A stretch of 62,998 nucleotides of DNA, counting the filler, from Phoronis australis (taxonomy: Eukaryota > Animalia > Phoronida), in the NCBI GenBank assembly GCA_002633005.1. It is 7 parts of 7 records of this genome, joined end to end, with 100 filler letters (N's around TTAATTAATTAA, not from the genome) between each part and the next. Parts side by side here need not be neighbours in the genome. Positions count along the whole stretch, not along the records: positions 6,638 to 28,307 come from NMRA01001323.1; 6 more parts are not named here. One strand, 5' to 3'. Positions 13,336 to 26,190 of this stretch are shown here, one piece after another (position 1 is the first letter of the stretch; each line of letters starts with the position of its first letter). Below the pieces are notes generated by a model that did no database searches, was not told where the DNA came from, and was given only the letters and a program-made list of their open reading frames with translations. A program made the position numbers and the translations under genes.

Positions 13336-13555
13336 CTGTACGAAAGTAGGCAAATAAAATACTGTTTACCTGCCGTGGTGTCTACTTCTGTTAACTGCAA
13401 AAATTGACTGAATTAGGGCAGCAAAATTCTTTAATTACTTCCCCCGTTCTCGGTCGTGAGGAAAAGCCGCTGTAGCGTTAGAATTCAACTTTTGCTCAGC
13501 TGTCATAAGGGGGGAAATTCCTTGTCATTTTGTCTGATTACTTTTGGTGGGTTCT
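13336..13555 (-). mobile_element. Inverted, partly deleted copy of the 12892-13157 MITE
   Basis: Reverse complement contains GACCGAGAA...AGAATTTT...CAATTTTTGCAGTTAACAGAA, matching the first copy. Confidence 0.65.
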
Positions 13556-14213
13556 GTAGCAAGGAAATTTTTGGGACTTGTTTGTGGGGGTAAACCAGGA
13601 GGAAATGCTCAGCTATATAGCTCTGTAGGACAGTATTGACAAGGGTGTATATTTAGCTTAATGTTTACAGAATTAAATTTATTTTAACTTAGTAAAAGTA
13701 CATTTTTGGAAGTAGAAAGCCTGAAGAATTTGATTTGACTTTTTACCAATCTGTTACTAATTAGGTAAGATAGGGGACCATGTCTTTTTGGTGAAATTGA
13801 GCAAAAAGAAAAGATAGCAAAACAACGATATTAATAACCCGAACATATTTTATTTATGTTCGAGATGAGGTCTTAGTTTTCTGATATTGCATTTCGGTTT
13901 TTGTTTTATGCTACTTAAAGAGTTTCTCCATAGAAGTCATAAAGTCCAGTTTTTAGTAGCCCTTCGTGATGCATTGGTGGAACAGTTTGAAAACAATACC
14001 TAACTGCAGGTCAGAGAACACTGAAGAAAGTATAGCGTCCAAAAGCTTCATATGACTCTTAGTAGCCATTGTTGAGATAGGATTTTCCGAAGTTAGTCAA
14101 ATTTGTATATGCATGACAGGTTTCCACAGAGTTCTCAACCTGCAAAAAGTCGATCATTGTAAAAAATCCGAGGTGTAATACATGCGAACATGAACTTATT
14201 ATTCATAGGTGTA

Positions 14214-14275
14214 TTTGTTAAACACAACATTCCATGTTCCCGTGGCTGTCTTAATGGAATGTCGTGTTTAACAAA
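14214..14275. repeat. Inverted repeat, 22-bp arms with one mismatch and an 18-nt loop
   Basis: TTTGTTAAACACAACATTCCAT ... ATGGAATGTCGTGTTTAACAAA. Confidence 0.9.
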
Positions 14276-14967
14276 ACAAGTCTCAAAGAATACTCGCCGC
14301 CGAAATACTCTTCAGCGGTATTGAGTAGTGATATTGCATTGTGCTTATGACGTCACAGTTCTGTTTCATGAATTAAGACAGAACTTTGGTCTTACGCTTT
14401 ACACAACTATATTCTGAAAATTAAGTTATGTCCAGTATTCTCCACATTGTAAATTCCAAACTCGACGCAAATATTTAGTAGCAGTAGTTGACAGTGTGTC
14501 ATTTCTAATCATAACCATGGGTCTGCTGGAGGTATTTGTACATGGTTTAAAACTGCACACTGCAGTGGTGTGACCTACTTTTTAGACACTTCAAAGTTTA
14601 GCTTTCCTACCAATATATCTCATAATTCCTCCAAAGCATTTGACATAGCCAGAGCATCAAACATAAGATTAAAAATTCTTTTAATAATATCAATGCCGAT
14701 TTTAATATCAATTAGACAAAATTGTCTTTATTAAGCCAATTAAATTATCTCTTTACAGATTGACTTGCAAAATTTTAAAGTTAGAATGACAAAGTAAATT
14801 AGAAATTTGATTAAGCAAGCTAGATGACTCCATGAAATTTTTGTTATTTGAAGATTTTTGCAGATTATATTAATGATAATTTAAACTCTTTTTGTAGTGT
14901 CATACAAAGTTATACATATAGTGTTGACTGCCTCTAACATTCTGTAATGGGCTTGATGTTGGTTAAT

Positions 14968-15116
14968 CAGGCCCTGCTTTAGTGTCGAGGTCTGAAATGC
15001 CAAGCCAGGCCAAAAGTTCAAAGCTGACGCAGCACTTTTCAAACTCGACGCGCATTTTCCAAACTCGACGCGGCAAAATCCAAACTCGTTGCAGCGTCGA
15101 GTTAAAACAGGTCGTG
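14968..15116. mobile_element. Small degenerate MITE-like element with internal AAACTCGACGCG repeats
   Basis: CAGGCCCTGCTTTAGTGTCGA versus reverse complement of the right end CACGACCTGTTTTAACTCGA. Confidence 0.4.
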
Positions 15117-15917
15117 GAGAACACTGATGTCTCTAAGAACATACCAGTCATTTCAAGTTGTTGATGATTTGTATAAATTATTTCTCCGTTGTGATGTGCT
15201 AATAATTTTACTTGGCTAAACTTTTATTCCATAACTGTGAAGTGGGAATGTAAGAGCAAGTTTTTGTCTTAATTGGAAGTCACTTTTTACGCGACAGACG
15301 CCAGGTAACTCCGAAACAAAAAGCCATTGTTGGCCAGGTGATCTATTGCTACCTGTTGCTTGCACCTTAAGCTTGTTCTAATCCAAGCATTATGCACTTT
15401 GTGACTAGGATATAAGCATTGTGATGTGCTGCTCATATCAGTGTAGATTGTTGAAACAATCGCTCCGTTATCTTAAATCGTTGTGATCCAGTGTGACAGC
15501 TTAGTTTAAAGGCCTTGACAATGGTGTATATTATGATAATTCCATCGGTGTGTGTTACGAGTTATATTTATCTTAAGGAAAATGTTGATATCATGTCTGT
15601 AAAAGGGCAAAGAGCATTCTTAGTTGGTGTGTTGTCAGATAGAGTTATCTCCAAACAATGGTCTTTGCCGGTTTGCCGGGTATAATTTGGAGTCGTTGTA
15701 GCCTTGTGTTCACATTCCAGATGGCTCTCGAGGTAACGGGGTGGCACAGTGTTCTGTGTCTACCGAGCGCTGTATTATGGGTCTTTGGCTATGGTGAAAC
15801 TTGATTAGTTCCGGACACTAAGTGGGAATTATTTTACTTTTTCTGGCTAGTTTTTGTGTCCCAGATCAGACACCATCTGTAAAGTTTTGTTATGTATTTT
15901 GCTATTCTTGTTTGCAG

Positions 15918-16095
15918 GAGACAAGTTCCGCATGGTCATTGCGACCACATTGAGGGAGGACGGTTATCCAGACGATGGGGAATTCAATCCCGTAGACACA
16001 GCGCCCTCTAGGGCTGACAGTTTTGAATATGTTATGTACGGGAAAGTCTACAGAATCGAAGGCGATGACAGCGGAGTTGAAGGTGGCTCTAGACT
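15918..16095 (+). CDS. POLR2H: POLR2H exon 3 ([58 protein letters not shown])
   Basis: tttgcag acceptor, gtaagt donor; contains the RPB8 [20 protein letters not shown] motif. Confidence 0.98.
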
Positions 16096-19000
16096 GTAAG
16101 TTTGCTTTCTAGTTATCAGAAATTCTGGACCTTTTGCGGTTTTCTGATCAAGTACCATCCTGTGGAAGTACCCTAGAGTGATTTCTCGGACATGAATTTA
16201 AAGTTGCTCTTACAGTTTTTTGACTACAAATACGATTTCAGAGTTGCCACACATTTTGCTTAAAATCTGTTGAATGTTATTCAGACACCAAATGAGAAGT
16301 GGTGAAAAGTTATCAATGGCAATTGCGTAAGTTATTTTGTATTCTATTATCTGTGTTACCAAACAAGACCGTGTACATGGAAGATAATGGGCATGTTTTT
16401 GAAAGTACTTCCACGTTTCCGAAAAGTGACGTTGGTGCTTTGCAGGATATTCACATCAAATGTCTATAGGTACGGCTGCAGCAAGTGAAAGTACTTGGAC
16501 TTCGAAGGATATTAAACTCTTAACGTTTATTTTCCTAAAGCTAGTCTAGCCACCTGCTACCGTGCGACTGGTATCTTCCTCATGAGAGAAGAAAACATTG
16601 AGCAAAAACACTTCCTTGTTGTGTCAAAAAGTGGATTTTTTGTTTGAAATGGGAAGTCTTTCCCTTGCTGCTGTATATTAAAGTCACCTTGAGCGCTGAT
16701 TGATAGTACTGACAAGTGCTTGGGATGTTCCGTTTCAAGCAATGACGATCACACAATTTGACTCTCGCAAAAAATTGAGTCATGAACCAGGCAAGTTAAC
16801 TCTTTTTGTTTGTCGTGTGGTCAGAATAAGGCTCTAAGGCATTGTTGTTGTCTTAAACCACCCCATTCTTATTTGATGTTACTTTGAAGGTGGTCATTTT
16901 TGACCGGTAATCGTAGTGTTCAGTAGAGTTTATGAGTCACCAAAAGGGTAAAATTTGAGTTCATTGAGGCCTTGTTTTCTTTTCCTGTAAATCGGGTGTC
17001 GAACTCTGGAATTTCATATTTGAGTGGCTGCTCTAGTGTTTTACAGCTAGTCCACAACAATGGTGATGTCTGATACAGAAGTACATTGTACAGCGGACCT
17101 CAATGCATGACCTAGTCATGTTAGAAGAGATATAGAATTTTGCATTCCTCGGTCCTCTTTCAGTTTTGTCTCCTGATAACAACTGTGGAGGAAGCTTAGC
17201 CGGTGGGTTTCCTTTTAAAAAGACGAGAAGTTAGATGATGGTTTCAAAATTCTCGTGGTTGATGTGTCGGTCACTCCCTGTGAGGAGTCCATGTGTCCAG
17301 TCGGGTGTTGACTGCATGGCATCTGTGTGTACTTATAGCTTGTGTATCCACAGTTTGGAAGACCTGTTAGGTGAACATTTCATTAAGGGTTTTTCCGACT
17401 TTTGATTTGCTATTGCGTTGAAAGGCCAAAGAAAGTGTAATCATCTTATGATTTATTAGTTAGATGGATTTAGAAACTGAACTTTTGTCATTAGTGATGT
17501 GTGAAAACTTGTCGGTCAAACTTGGCTTCTTGTTAGAGGTGGAATTAGTATTCTCTCGTGGGGGCTGTGAGAATGAATTAGTGCTTCAAACTTTCCTTCA
17601 TCTCTCTTCCTGACAATCATTTGCTCGAGGAATTTGACATTTATTGTGTTTTGCCACTCCTTCACCTGCTCCATTTTAGTTTACCCCTCTGGTCATCAGC
17701 ATACTCTCACAATTACTCGCCTACATTCTTATCCGTTGATCACGCGTGGATGAATCACATTTTGACGCAGATTTTGGCCAGTTTCAATTTCTGAACGTTC
17801 TATAAAAAGAGCTTCTTTTGATTAAACACGGTCACTCTACTGGTCTTAATTTTGTGTGACAGTTTATCAGTAATGTCTCGTGAGAGCTTTGGTCTACAGC
17901 AAATATGTCACTCTACGCCTCCTTGCACTCTCTCGACATTTGATCGTGGCGGGCGGATTGTTCGAAGAATGTACAAACAGTTTTGTGTTTGTCATCTCCT
18001 TAGATGTTTTGGCTCTCCACAATGTTGTCTTCTCTTGGGAATTATGTGGTGGAATGTCAAACAGTCATTTTGTTTAATGTTACGGAAACAGCGCAGGTGG
18101 CGCTGTTGCTGTTTGCAACATCTTCAAATTCCTCATTGAATTGTTGAAAGTTGTTTAGCAGTGGCGTGTTTGGTTTAAAGGACTGTGCACCGACTTTCTA
18201 CTGCAACAGGTTACGAAAATAGAATTTGGTCTTTTGCTCTCATAAAAGGAGTCGTAACATTCTTTTCTGTGATAGGATTCCAGTTCTGTTCCCAATTCAA
18301 GTCACAAGCAATGCGTACATGCATCTTGATTGAATGCTTCATTGTCTAATTTGCAATTTTGGCATTGGCCAACTGCGATAAAGTCTGAAGCATTTTTGTC
18401 ACTTATGGTTTTGATGCACATTTTTAGTATCAGAAACAAAACCCTATCACGGTAAGGAATGTTACCAAACCGATTTTGTGAGAGTAAAAGACCTAACTTG
18501 ATTTTTTGTTTTTAATCAGCTTAACAAGACAAAATGCAGCTTTAATTGTACAACAGAGAATTTTGTATTTCAAGTTAAATGAAATTTAGACTATGATAAA
18601 GATTTCAATTGGCGACTGATGGAAATTAATGCAGTAACAAATACCCCTGTAAGCAGTCTTTTGTCCAGGACTCAATGCAGTGTATGCTTGGTGTACATGT
18701 TCCGGGGCCACTTATTCAAATATGGTTTGCAGGATGTGGGTATCACTAGATGTTCATGCAACCTATATGTCTATGAACACAGCTGGTGGTATCTCTTCCC
18801 TGCCAACACTGATCGTCAGTCTGGTCCTCTGTTTCTGTCTGTCTTGTGTTGAACATAGTCTGTGTGTATTTACGTGACTTTTTCAAGGTTCATTTGACTG
18901 ATACCAGAGGTGCATTCTACAGTCCTTACTATCATGTAAATGCATTTTCTGGTATGCATCGATTGAATCTTTTTCAGCGCTAGTCTTTTGTATTTCTCTG

Positions 19001-20653
19001 TTTTCTCCAATTTAGTACACAATATGGTGGAAAAGTGAAATTTTACTTTTTAACTTTTTTCATAATGGATAAGTATGACAAAGTTTATGGCGGAGTAGTA
19101 AAATATCATTTTATCAAAAATTTCTTAAACAGTATACAAGAAGCAAATTTTACTGATTATATCAAACTTTATACAGTAGGGCTGTGGTCAACAAACACGG
19201 GATGATACTGACGACATGGTGAGGAAAAATAAAAAATGACAATTGTGGCTATTATTTTTGTTTGAATTGGAGGCAACTTTAAATAATAAATAAACACCTT
19301 TGACATTTTTAAGTTTTTTCCATAGCTTCTATGATACAATGCATCAAGAAATTGTGGGTTATTTGCAATGGGTGTAGAAGCATATGAAAATTGAAAGAAA
19401 AAACAAATTTTTGCCACCATTTTTGTCTAAAAACGGTGAAGTTTCACCTTATGGAGGGAATTCTGATAGGATAAATCCTGCTTAATTTTGGACTTTCAAA
19501 ATTTTTTATTTTCCTAGATATTAAGAAGTGTCCCTAACGTTGAAACAAATTAGAATTAAGAAATAGTTTATTGATGTCGACTGACACCAGTCCATGAGAA
19601 TGGTTTCACGGAGTGGAATATCTCATCTCAAGAATGGCGAAAATAAGCTCGTTGTTTTCCAGTACATGGTTCAAAGTCCCAAGCTGGAGTCTTGTCTTGG
19701 TTTAGGAGACATCACCGCACTCTGTTGGCGAGTGTTGGAAACAAGGAAGTGGCACGGTCTCACTGGCAGTGTGGTTAGCTGGTTGTGACAAGAACAACAA
19801 CCACTAACTGCCCGGCCCTTGAGCCGTTCCTGATCTCCTCTCCTATTACTGCCTATTTCTCCACGAGGTGGCGTTGGATGCATTGCTTGTCTGTGATAAT
19901 CAGAGTGTGGCTATCTTAATAGAAGCCAGGAGATAAATGAGTATGGAGAACATTTTGGTTGTGCGGCCCACTTCCACAAGGTGTTGCTTGTCTGTTGCAA
20001 CAAAATTGTGATGTCCACATACTGTGGAGACGGAAGATGATTAAATAGAAAATTATAATGCGCTTGTCATCTGTCACTATATCTCTCTCCACATGGTGGC
20101 GCTGGGCACTGCCACTGGTCTGTGGTGCTAAAAGTATGACATACACAGTGGAACCGCAAGAAGAATAAATGTAAAAATATTGCGTGCCCATTATCTATAA
20201 GTACACCCTCTTCCACTAGGTGGCAGTGTATGTTGCTGTTTGTGCGTTACCATAGTGATTGATGTCTGCCTATAGGTTGGAACATGCAAGGCTGTGAAAA
20301 TATTCAGTTCTTAACTTAGCTGGTAAGCAGTTCATACTAATCCTTGACGTTTTTCACAGGACCTCAGTCTAACTCAGATTTCGTGATTTTTTGTTGACCT
20401 ATACAAAGCAGGATTAGATTCTACTGTACTTTGAAACCATCTTCTACTGTGTGAACAGAAGCTGTTGTGTTTTGGACACCTCGGGTCATATTCACTGAGC
20501 TTTACTTGAACCTCGACTTTGAAAATTGATCATTCACACGACTGAATTTCTATTTTTGAGTTGAATCCCAAGTAAATTTTGAACGTCTGGGGTCCAGTGT
20601 TCATTTCAGTTGTTAGCAACGTATACATTTGTGCCATTTTCTTTTCTTTTCAG

Positions 20654-20771
20654 AGCTGCCTTCGTGTCTTTCGGTGGACTACTAATGAGGTTACAAGGGG
20701 ATGCTAATAATTTACACGGTTTTGAACTCGATTCGCATGTCTTTCTATTAATGAAAAAGCTAGCTTTTTAG
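20654..20771 (+). CDS. POLR2H: POLR2H exon 4 ((L)[38 protein letters not shown])
   Basis: ttttcag acceptor, GGLLM motif and TAG stop. The exons sum to 73+84+178+118 = 453 nt, i.e. 150 aa plus stop. Confidence 0.98.
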
Positions 20772-21896
20772 GGAATTTCATATCGTAGGGTATTTTTTAA
20801 TGTGCAAACTGGTGTTAAATGAATTCCGTTGACTCGTATGAATGGGACAGTATGTTTTGTAGATGCCTGGTCAATCATGTGCAAAGAAGATCTGATGTTC
20901 AAGGTTCACCCAATGCATTTCTTACCTGTCCGTTTAGGATACAATATGGTGGACAAGTATTTTTTTTTCACTTTCTCATGGAAGATTTGTAGCTTAAACC
21001 AAATGCTCTATGGTATTTAAAGAACTATACTGTAGTTACCATCTGAAAGAATTCTGGGAAATTGTACACATTCACAACAATGCTTGAAGTGAAAAAGACT
21101 GATTTGGGGATCGTTTCTGTCTGAGAACAGTGACTCTAGTAATTCTTCTGTCTTGCCCCTTTTGTCATTTGTCTATTTTTCAAAAGTTGGCTACTCAATT
21201 TTCACCAGCTGTTGTTTTTTGACTGCAAATATAGTAAAATATTCTTAAAGTTTACTTTTGGTGACAACTACACTTATTTATCATTCTGTGTGCTGAAGAA
21301 GGGAATAGATTCACCGTTTTTTGATAAATTCTTGCCTTTGCTGTACTTTCACTACAAATATGACTGGTGTCAAAGTTGTCACGTGAGAAATAATCACGGT
21401 TTCACATCTTCTAGGTAGTTCTCTTATTTAACCAAAAATAATTTAAAGAATTTTATTTTTCAAAGGCGGATTACTTTTTTGAAAATGATGAAAATTTACT
21501 AAAAGTTGTTTTTTGGCATCTATAAAGTACAAACCATGCAAGTAATATACTAAAATTTTCGTAATCTTTGTTTTTGTGAAGAAATTTGACAAAATACAAT
21601 TTCAGTTGTCGGCCATATTGTGTGAAGATATACCTTAGGTGATACTGTGAAAATGTTCATTTCAGCTACATTCTTTGACCTTGTGATTTTGATCCAGAGT
21701 ATAAACAAAAGGCTGATTTCTTATCTCAGTTTTTTTCACCTGTTATTTGCATTTTATCCAGGCACTACGTGTTTGACTAGGTGAAATGAGGGCGTTCTTG
21801 TTTGGGACCGCCTACACGTTGAGTGTAGTATTGATGTCCAGGTGATGAATAGTCTGTATTCAACCTCAATGTCTCAACTATTTTTGTAAATAGATT

Positions 21897-21902
21897 AATA
21901 AA
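21897..21902 (+). terminator. Candidate polyadenylation signal AATAAA for POLR2H (3' UTR about 1.1 kb)
   Basis: AATAAA followed by a T-rich downstream tract; a second AATAAA lies near 22013. Confidence 0.5.
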
Positions 21903-23685
21903 TGTTATCAATGTAACTTGCCATTTTTATTCCTTTCTCCTTTACTTTCTTACACCTTCTTAGATTGGTCCTATTATATCTAATGGATTGCCTTTTGGAG
22001 TAGCAGATTTGCAATAAAATCTTCTTTAATCATAACTGGAGGTCATTTACCAGCGGAAATGAAAGTACGCATTCATCGTGATAAGCAGCTTTAGGACTCT
22101 GCAAAATTAAGATTCGCCTCCATTACGCCGATACCGTGTTCATCCAGATTAGCGCTCATTGTCGGATAAATGCCACCCCGGTGTTTTCAAGTTTCTTTTT
22201 GGATACCTACATGTTCGTTTTTTGTCCATCCCGGTTTAATACTCAGTTGAAATTTTTAATCTAAAGTTTTACTTTTATGATCGCCAGTCCACGTCGACTG
22301 TTACCTCCCAGAAGGCGAACTATTCGCTTACCTATGATTTACAAACGGTAACTTGCCTAGGCCCGATGGTTTATTCGACTCTTAGCGGAAAGTCCAGCTC
22401 GTTCACGAATCTGTCGTTCGAATTATCAAAGATTTTATTTGAGCACCATCACCTGACTTGTTTCCTTAAAAATATGCAGGACCTTATAATGACACGTCTG
22501 AGTATTTATCCGAATATGTACAACTAAAGACATAGTGTCTGAAGTAGAAAGACTACTGTAGAACTTGGTTTATGATTAAATAGCAATCTGTTATTGCTTG
22601 AGTCACGTGATCATATCTGTAGTAAAATTTAGCTAACACGAAAGCTACACCGTTAGCAAAACAGTGTTGTTATCGATAACTTAAATTTTATTTGACATGT
22701 CCAAGGTCTCAAAAACGCTGCTACGGTTTTCTAGAATATTTCGTTTTTGTTTCGCGCAACATTAACTTTTTCACGAAAATCATAAACTCCTATTTTTTGA
22801 AAGCACCTCATGCGAAAGTGGAACATTTTAAGAACAATTCCTAACATTTTGGGTAACAGTGCACAAAGCATAGTATCAAGAATTTTCATACGAATCTATC
22901 GGCTATTTCTGAGATATGATGTTGCAAACAATTTCCTAGCGTCCTACATAATCTTAAAGCCGCAATAAAATGTATTCTGGGGCCAAAAACAAATTTCTCC
23001 ACAGGCGCATAATTTGCTCTCCCGAGGCAATGACGTCGTTTTCTTATCCTTTATTTCAAGTGAAATTGGCTCCAGTAAAACGCCGGGGTATCACCTGGCG
23101 GCCACATTGTTTCAGCGGCTGACAGCAACCCGTCGTTACAAGCAAGCTTTGCAGATAGTGAGCCTGGTCTGAAACGGGTAAGTTTTCGTAAGCCTAGAGA
23201 TAATTTTCAGTCAGAGTAAGTATCAAAATGAAACCGATTTTATCGTAAATCTGACGTAAATCGGTTTATTTTTGTCAAAGGGTGCGCGGTTTCTTGCAAC
23301 GTGAAAATTGGAACGATTTTTCCTAGCGCCGGTGGCAATTTTTAAAGGGTGCCAATTCGCTTCTCCATCCTTTTGTTGGATTTGCTCTCAGTAGAAGTAA
23401 GTGCTCTTTGAAAACAAATTTCTTAAGGCCCAGAAAACTTACAATAGAACATGTTGTAGCTCACGGGCAGCCACTACTCGACTGGGATAATGTACTTTAT
23501 TAAAGATGCTCCCTCCGCTTCATTTTAGTAAAAAATAACTACATAAAACGATTTTTAACGTAATTTAGTTTAGTCGAAACTAATGCCCAAAAAATGCTCA
23601 TTCAACACAACTCCGAATATGTTCAAAGTTAGCTGAATTTAATACGAATCTTTTAGTTTAATTTTTGGTGGTGCACTACCACCTA

Positions 23686-23766
23686 AAATGGCTACATCGT
23701 AGTGAGTGACAGCTGACTCATGCATTATGGGTACGCACTCAACTTCCGTCAAAGGAGACCGGAAGT
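23686..23766. promoter_or_regulatory. Cluster of housekeeping-promoter-like motifs (YY1, AP-1, ZNF143/Staf, ETS)
   Basis: AAAATGGC, TGACTCA (23714-23720), TGCATTATGGGTA (23721-23733), ACTTCCG (23742-23748) and CCGGAAGT (23759-23766). Confidence 0.35.
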
Positions 23767-25811
23767 TACAGAATGTTTGTTTCAGTGACATCTTTCGACT
23801 TATGAAGCTCATCCTCTGTTCTAAATTTGTGAATGGAGAGGAGAGGTTATCTTTACGTGTCTAAGTTCTATAAATTTTAAAATGTTCTAAGAATACACTC
23901 GAGAATAAACGCGTATTTGGGCGCACAAAGTGTGGGAAACAAATCGGCTTAATAAAGGGAAGCGGACACCTGTCTAATGTCTGAAAACTGTACAAGCAAA
24001 AAAGATCAATTTTTGTTATTAAGACGTACGTGAATGATCAGTTAGCGAAGAAATGGAATAAAGGCATTTTACGCTGTGATCAAAAGTAGAAAACAACTCA
24101 TTCAACTCATCATTCTGACAAGAAAAACAAGCGTCGTCTGTTCATTCCGCAGACGAGATCCATGTTTATGACCATTGCCATGCCAACAATATAAGTTTAC
24201 AAATCCGTTGACAAACTGACTTTCATCTTAACACAAACAGCAAAACGTCACTACAAAGTAACAATTGCTGGTGTACTCATACATGTACTACATTTGAAAA
24301 GAAAATACAACAGAGCACGCGGTCGAAAACGCGTTATGGAGGTTTCGTCGCTTTACTTGAAGTCTTGTACTCTGTGATTGGACAAAAGCAGTGGAGATTG
24401 GTTTTAGCACTGACTCAGAGTTAGTGTTGCAGTGGGTTCTGCTGAATTCAGGTGAAAAAATGGTTATGAAAAACATTTAAAGCTGCATTCACCCTGTTTG
24501 ATGGCCAGAAAAACGATGAGACTCTATTTTTGTTAGCAACTCAAGTCCCAGGCAATGCGTACATGTATGTGGCATTTTGAAATCGCAATTTTGGGGTTTA
24601 GAGTCGCTGATGGTTTTGATGTTCGTGTTGGTGATGGAAATATAATTATATCACGGAAAGAAATATCATCAGACAGATTTTACGAGACTATAAGGTCTAA
24701 TTCCATTTTCGTTTGTAGCCTCCTCAACAGGGCAACATATGCAACCGTGTAAAAATCGTTCTTACCAAATTCTGAGGTCGAGTGTTGCCAAGGTTAATAA
24801 ATTAATTTATGGTGGGAGCATATTTTACTATCTCATAAAATATCCGTTTAATTAAGACTCTGTCCACACGGTTGCATTTTCATTTAAAAAACTAAATTTT
24901 TTCTTTGCGTCATCAAATCGTTTTCTGTTCACAGTTAACCTCGCCGTTTTCATCGTTTTTCGCGCCCACTCGAATTACATGTACGCTAAACTGAGTCTGG
25001 CCGTTTTAAAAAGAATTCCACTTTGAAGAAATGAACGTTTTCAAAAGGCCGTGAAGTTTTGTTTGTCGTTTTAAACGGATACGTATAGGTCAGTTCACCT
25101 TTGTCCTATGCGGAAGATGTATTAGCACGCCAACCGAAAAAATGCACATTCGTATAGCTGACTGAGACCCAAGCCATGAAAGCGTGTATGTCATGATTTG
25201 AATGGTTGACGATCAAGATGACAACCATTCCTTTCACGTGCATGCAGACATGCTGGGCAAATGTTTCAAAACCGCGGGAAAACTTTCAAGTCCAAGTGAG
25301 TAAAGTTTGGTCGAATTTAAATTTTCCTTTTTTTTCAATAAATACTCTCTCCCTCGCATTCTTTATTTCGCTCTACATGTTCAAACCAAATGCTCCCATT
25401 GCCAATTTGGTCCGTTTATTCGTTCAGTAGACTAGTTTGTATGTAAGTGATAACAGATACATTAGAATTACAGGAGTTTCGTAAAAATAATAATGCCCTT
25501 CAAATTTTATTCACAGATTTGTCACAACAAATCTTAAATTTGCTACAACGTGGGTTGTCTCCGACATTATCTGTCCTTGAGCCAGTCTTCCCGACGTTTC
25601 TACATTTCTGAGTGCTACGCTCCTCGACAAAGTGTTGCCTACCTTCTTATGTTGTGTTATTCTGGACCAAGCCAACAGAGCAGTTGCGACCGTGAAAAAA
25701 ACCACTGTTCCCAGTGTACGTAACCAATGGGCGATATGCACGTAGTAGTGGAAAGGCCTCTCTTTCTAAAAGAGCAGTCCAGCGTGGGGCAGCCGTAGAA
25801 TAATGGTCTCA

Positions 25812-26190
25812 TTAAAGTGGAACTTGCCCGCTAAATCCTTATCTATATGTTATTGCTTGGTCAAATTATATAGCGACGATGTGAATATGAAGTAGGTTGA
25901 AAATCGCCAAACGAGTTTTGTGTCGAAAATGATCCGCAATGTATCACTCAACCGTCTCCAGCAAGTATCGTGACGTGGCGTTGAGAATCACACTGCAAAA
26001 TGATGCGGATTATGCGAGTCTCCAAGGCACGTCATTAGTGCAAAGGTCGCCTATTTGCATTTTTTGTTTTTACGTTTACAAGTTGTCAGTAAATACCACT
26101 GCACTTCGTTTAGTGTAGATGATGTTCAAATAGCATTGTCATTTAATTCCTGCTATACATTAGCATAGTTAGGAGCAGACATTTCTACGT
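25812..26190 (+). mobile_element. Non-autonomous element starting TTAA-AGTGGAACTT (Kolobok-like), copy 1
   Basis: Collinear similarity to 50995-51367 (GTCATTAGTGCAAAGG, TACAAGTTGTCA, TTCAAATAGCA, GCTATACATTA). Confidence 0.65.
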
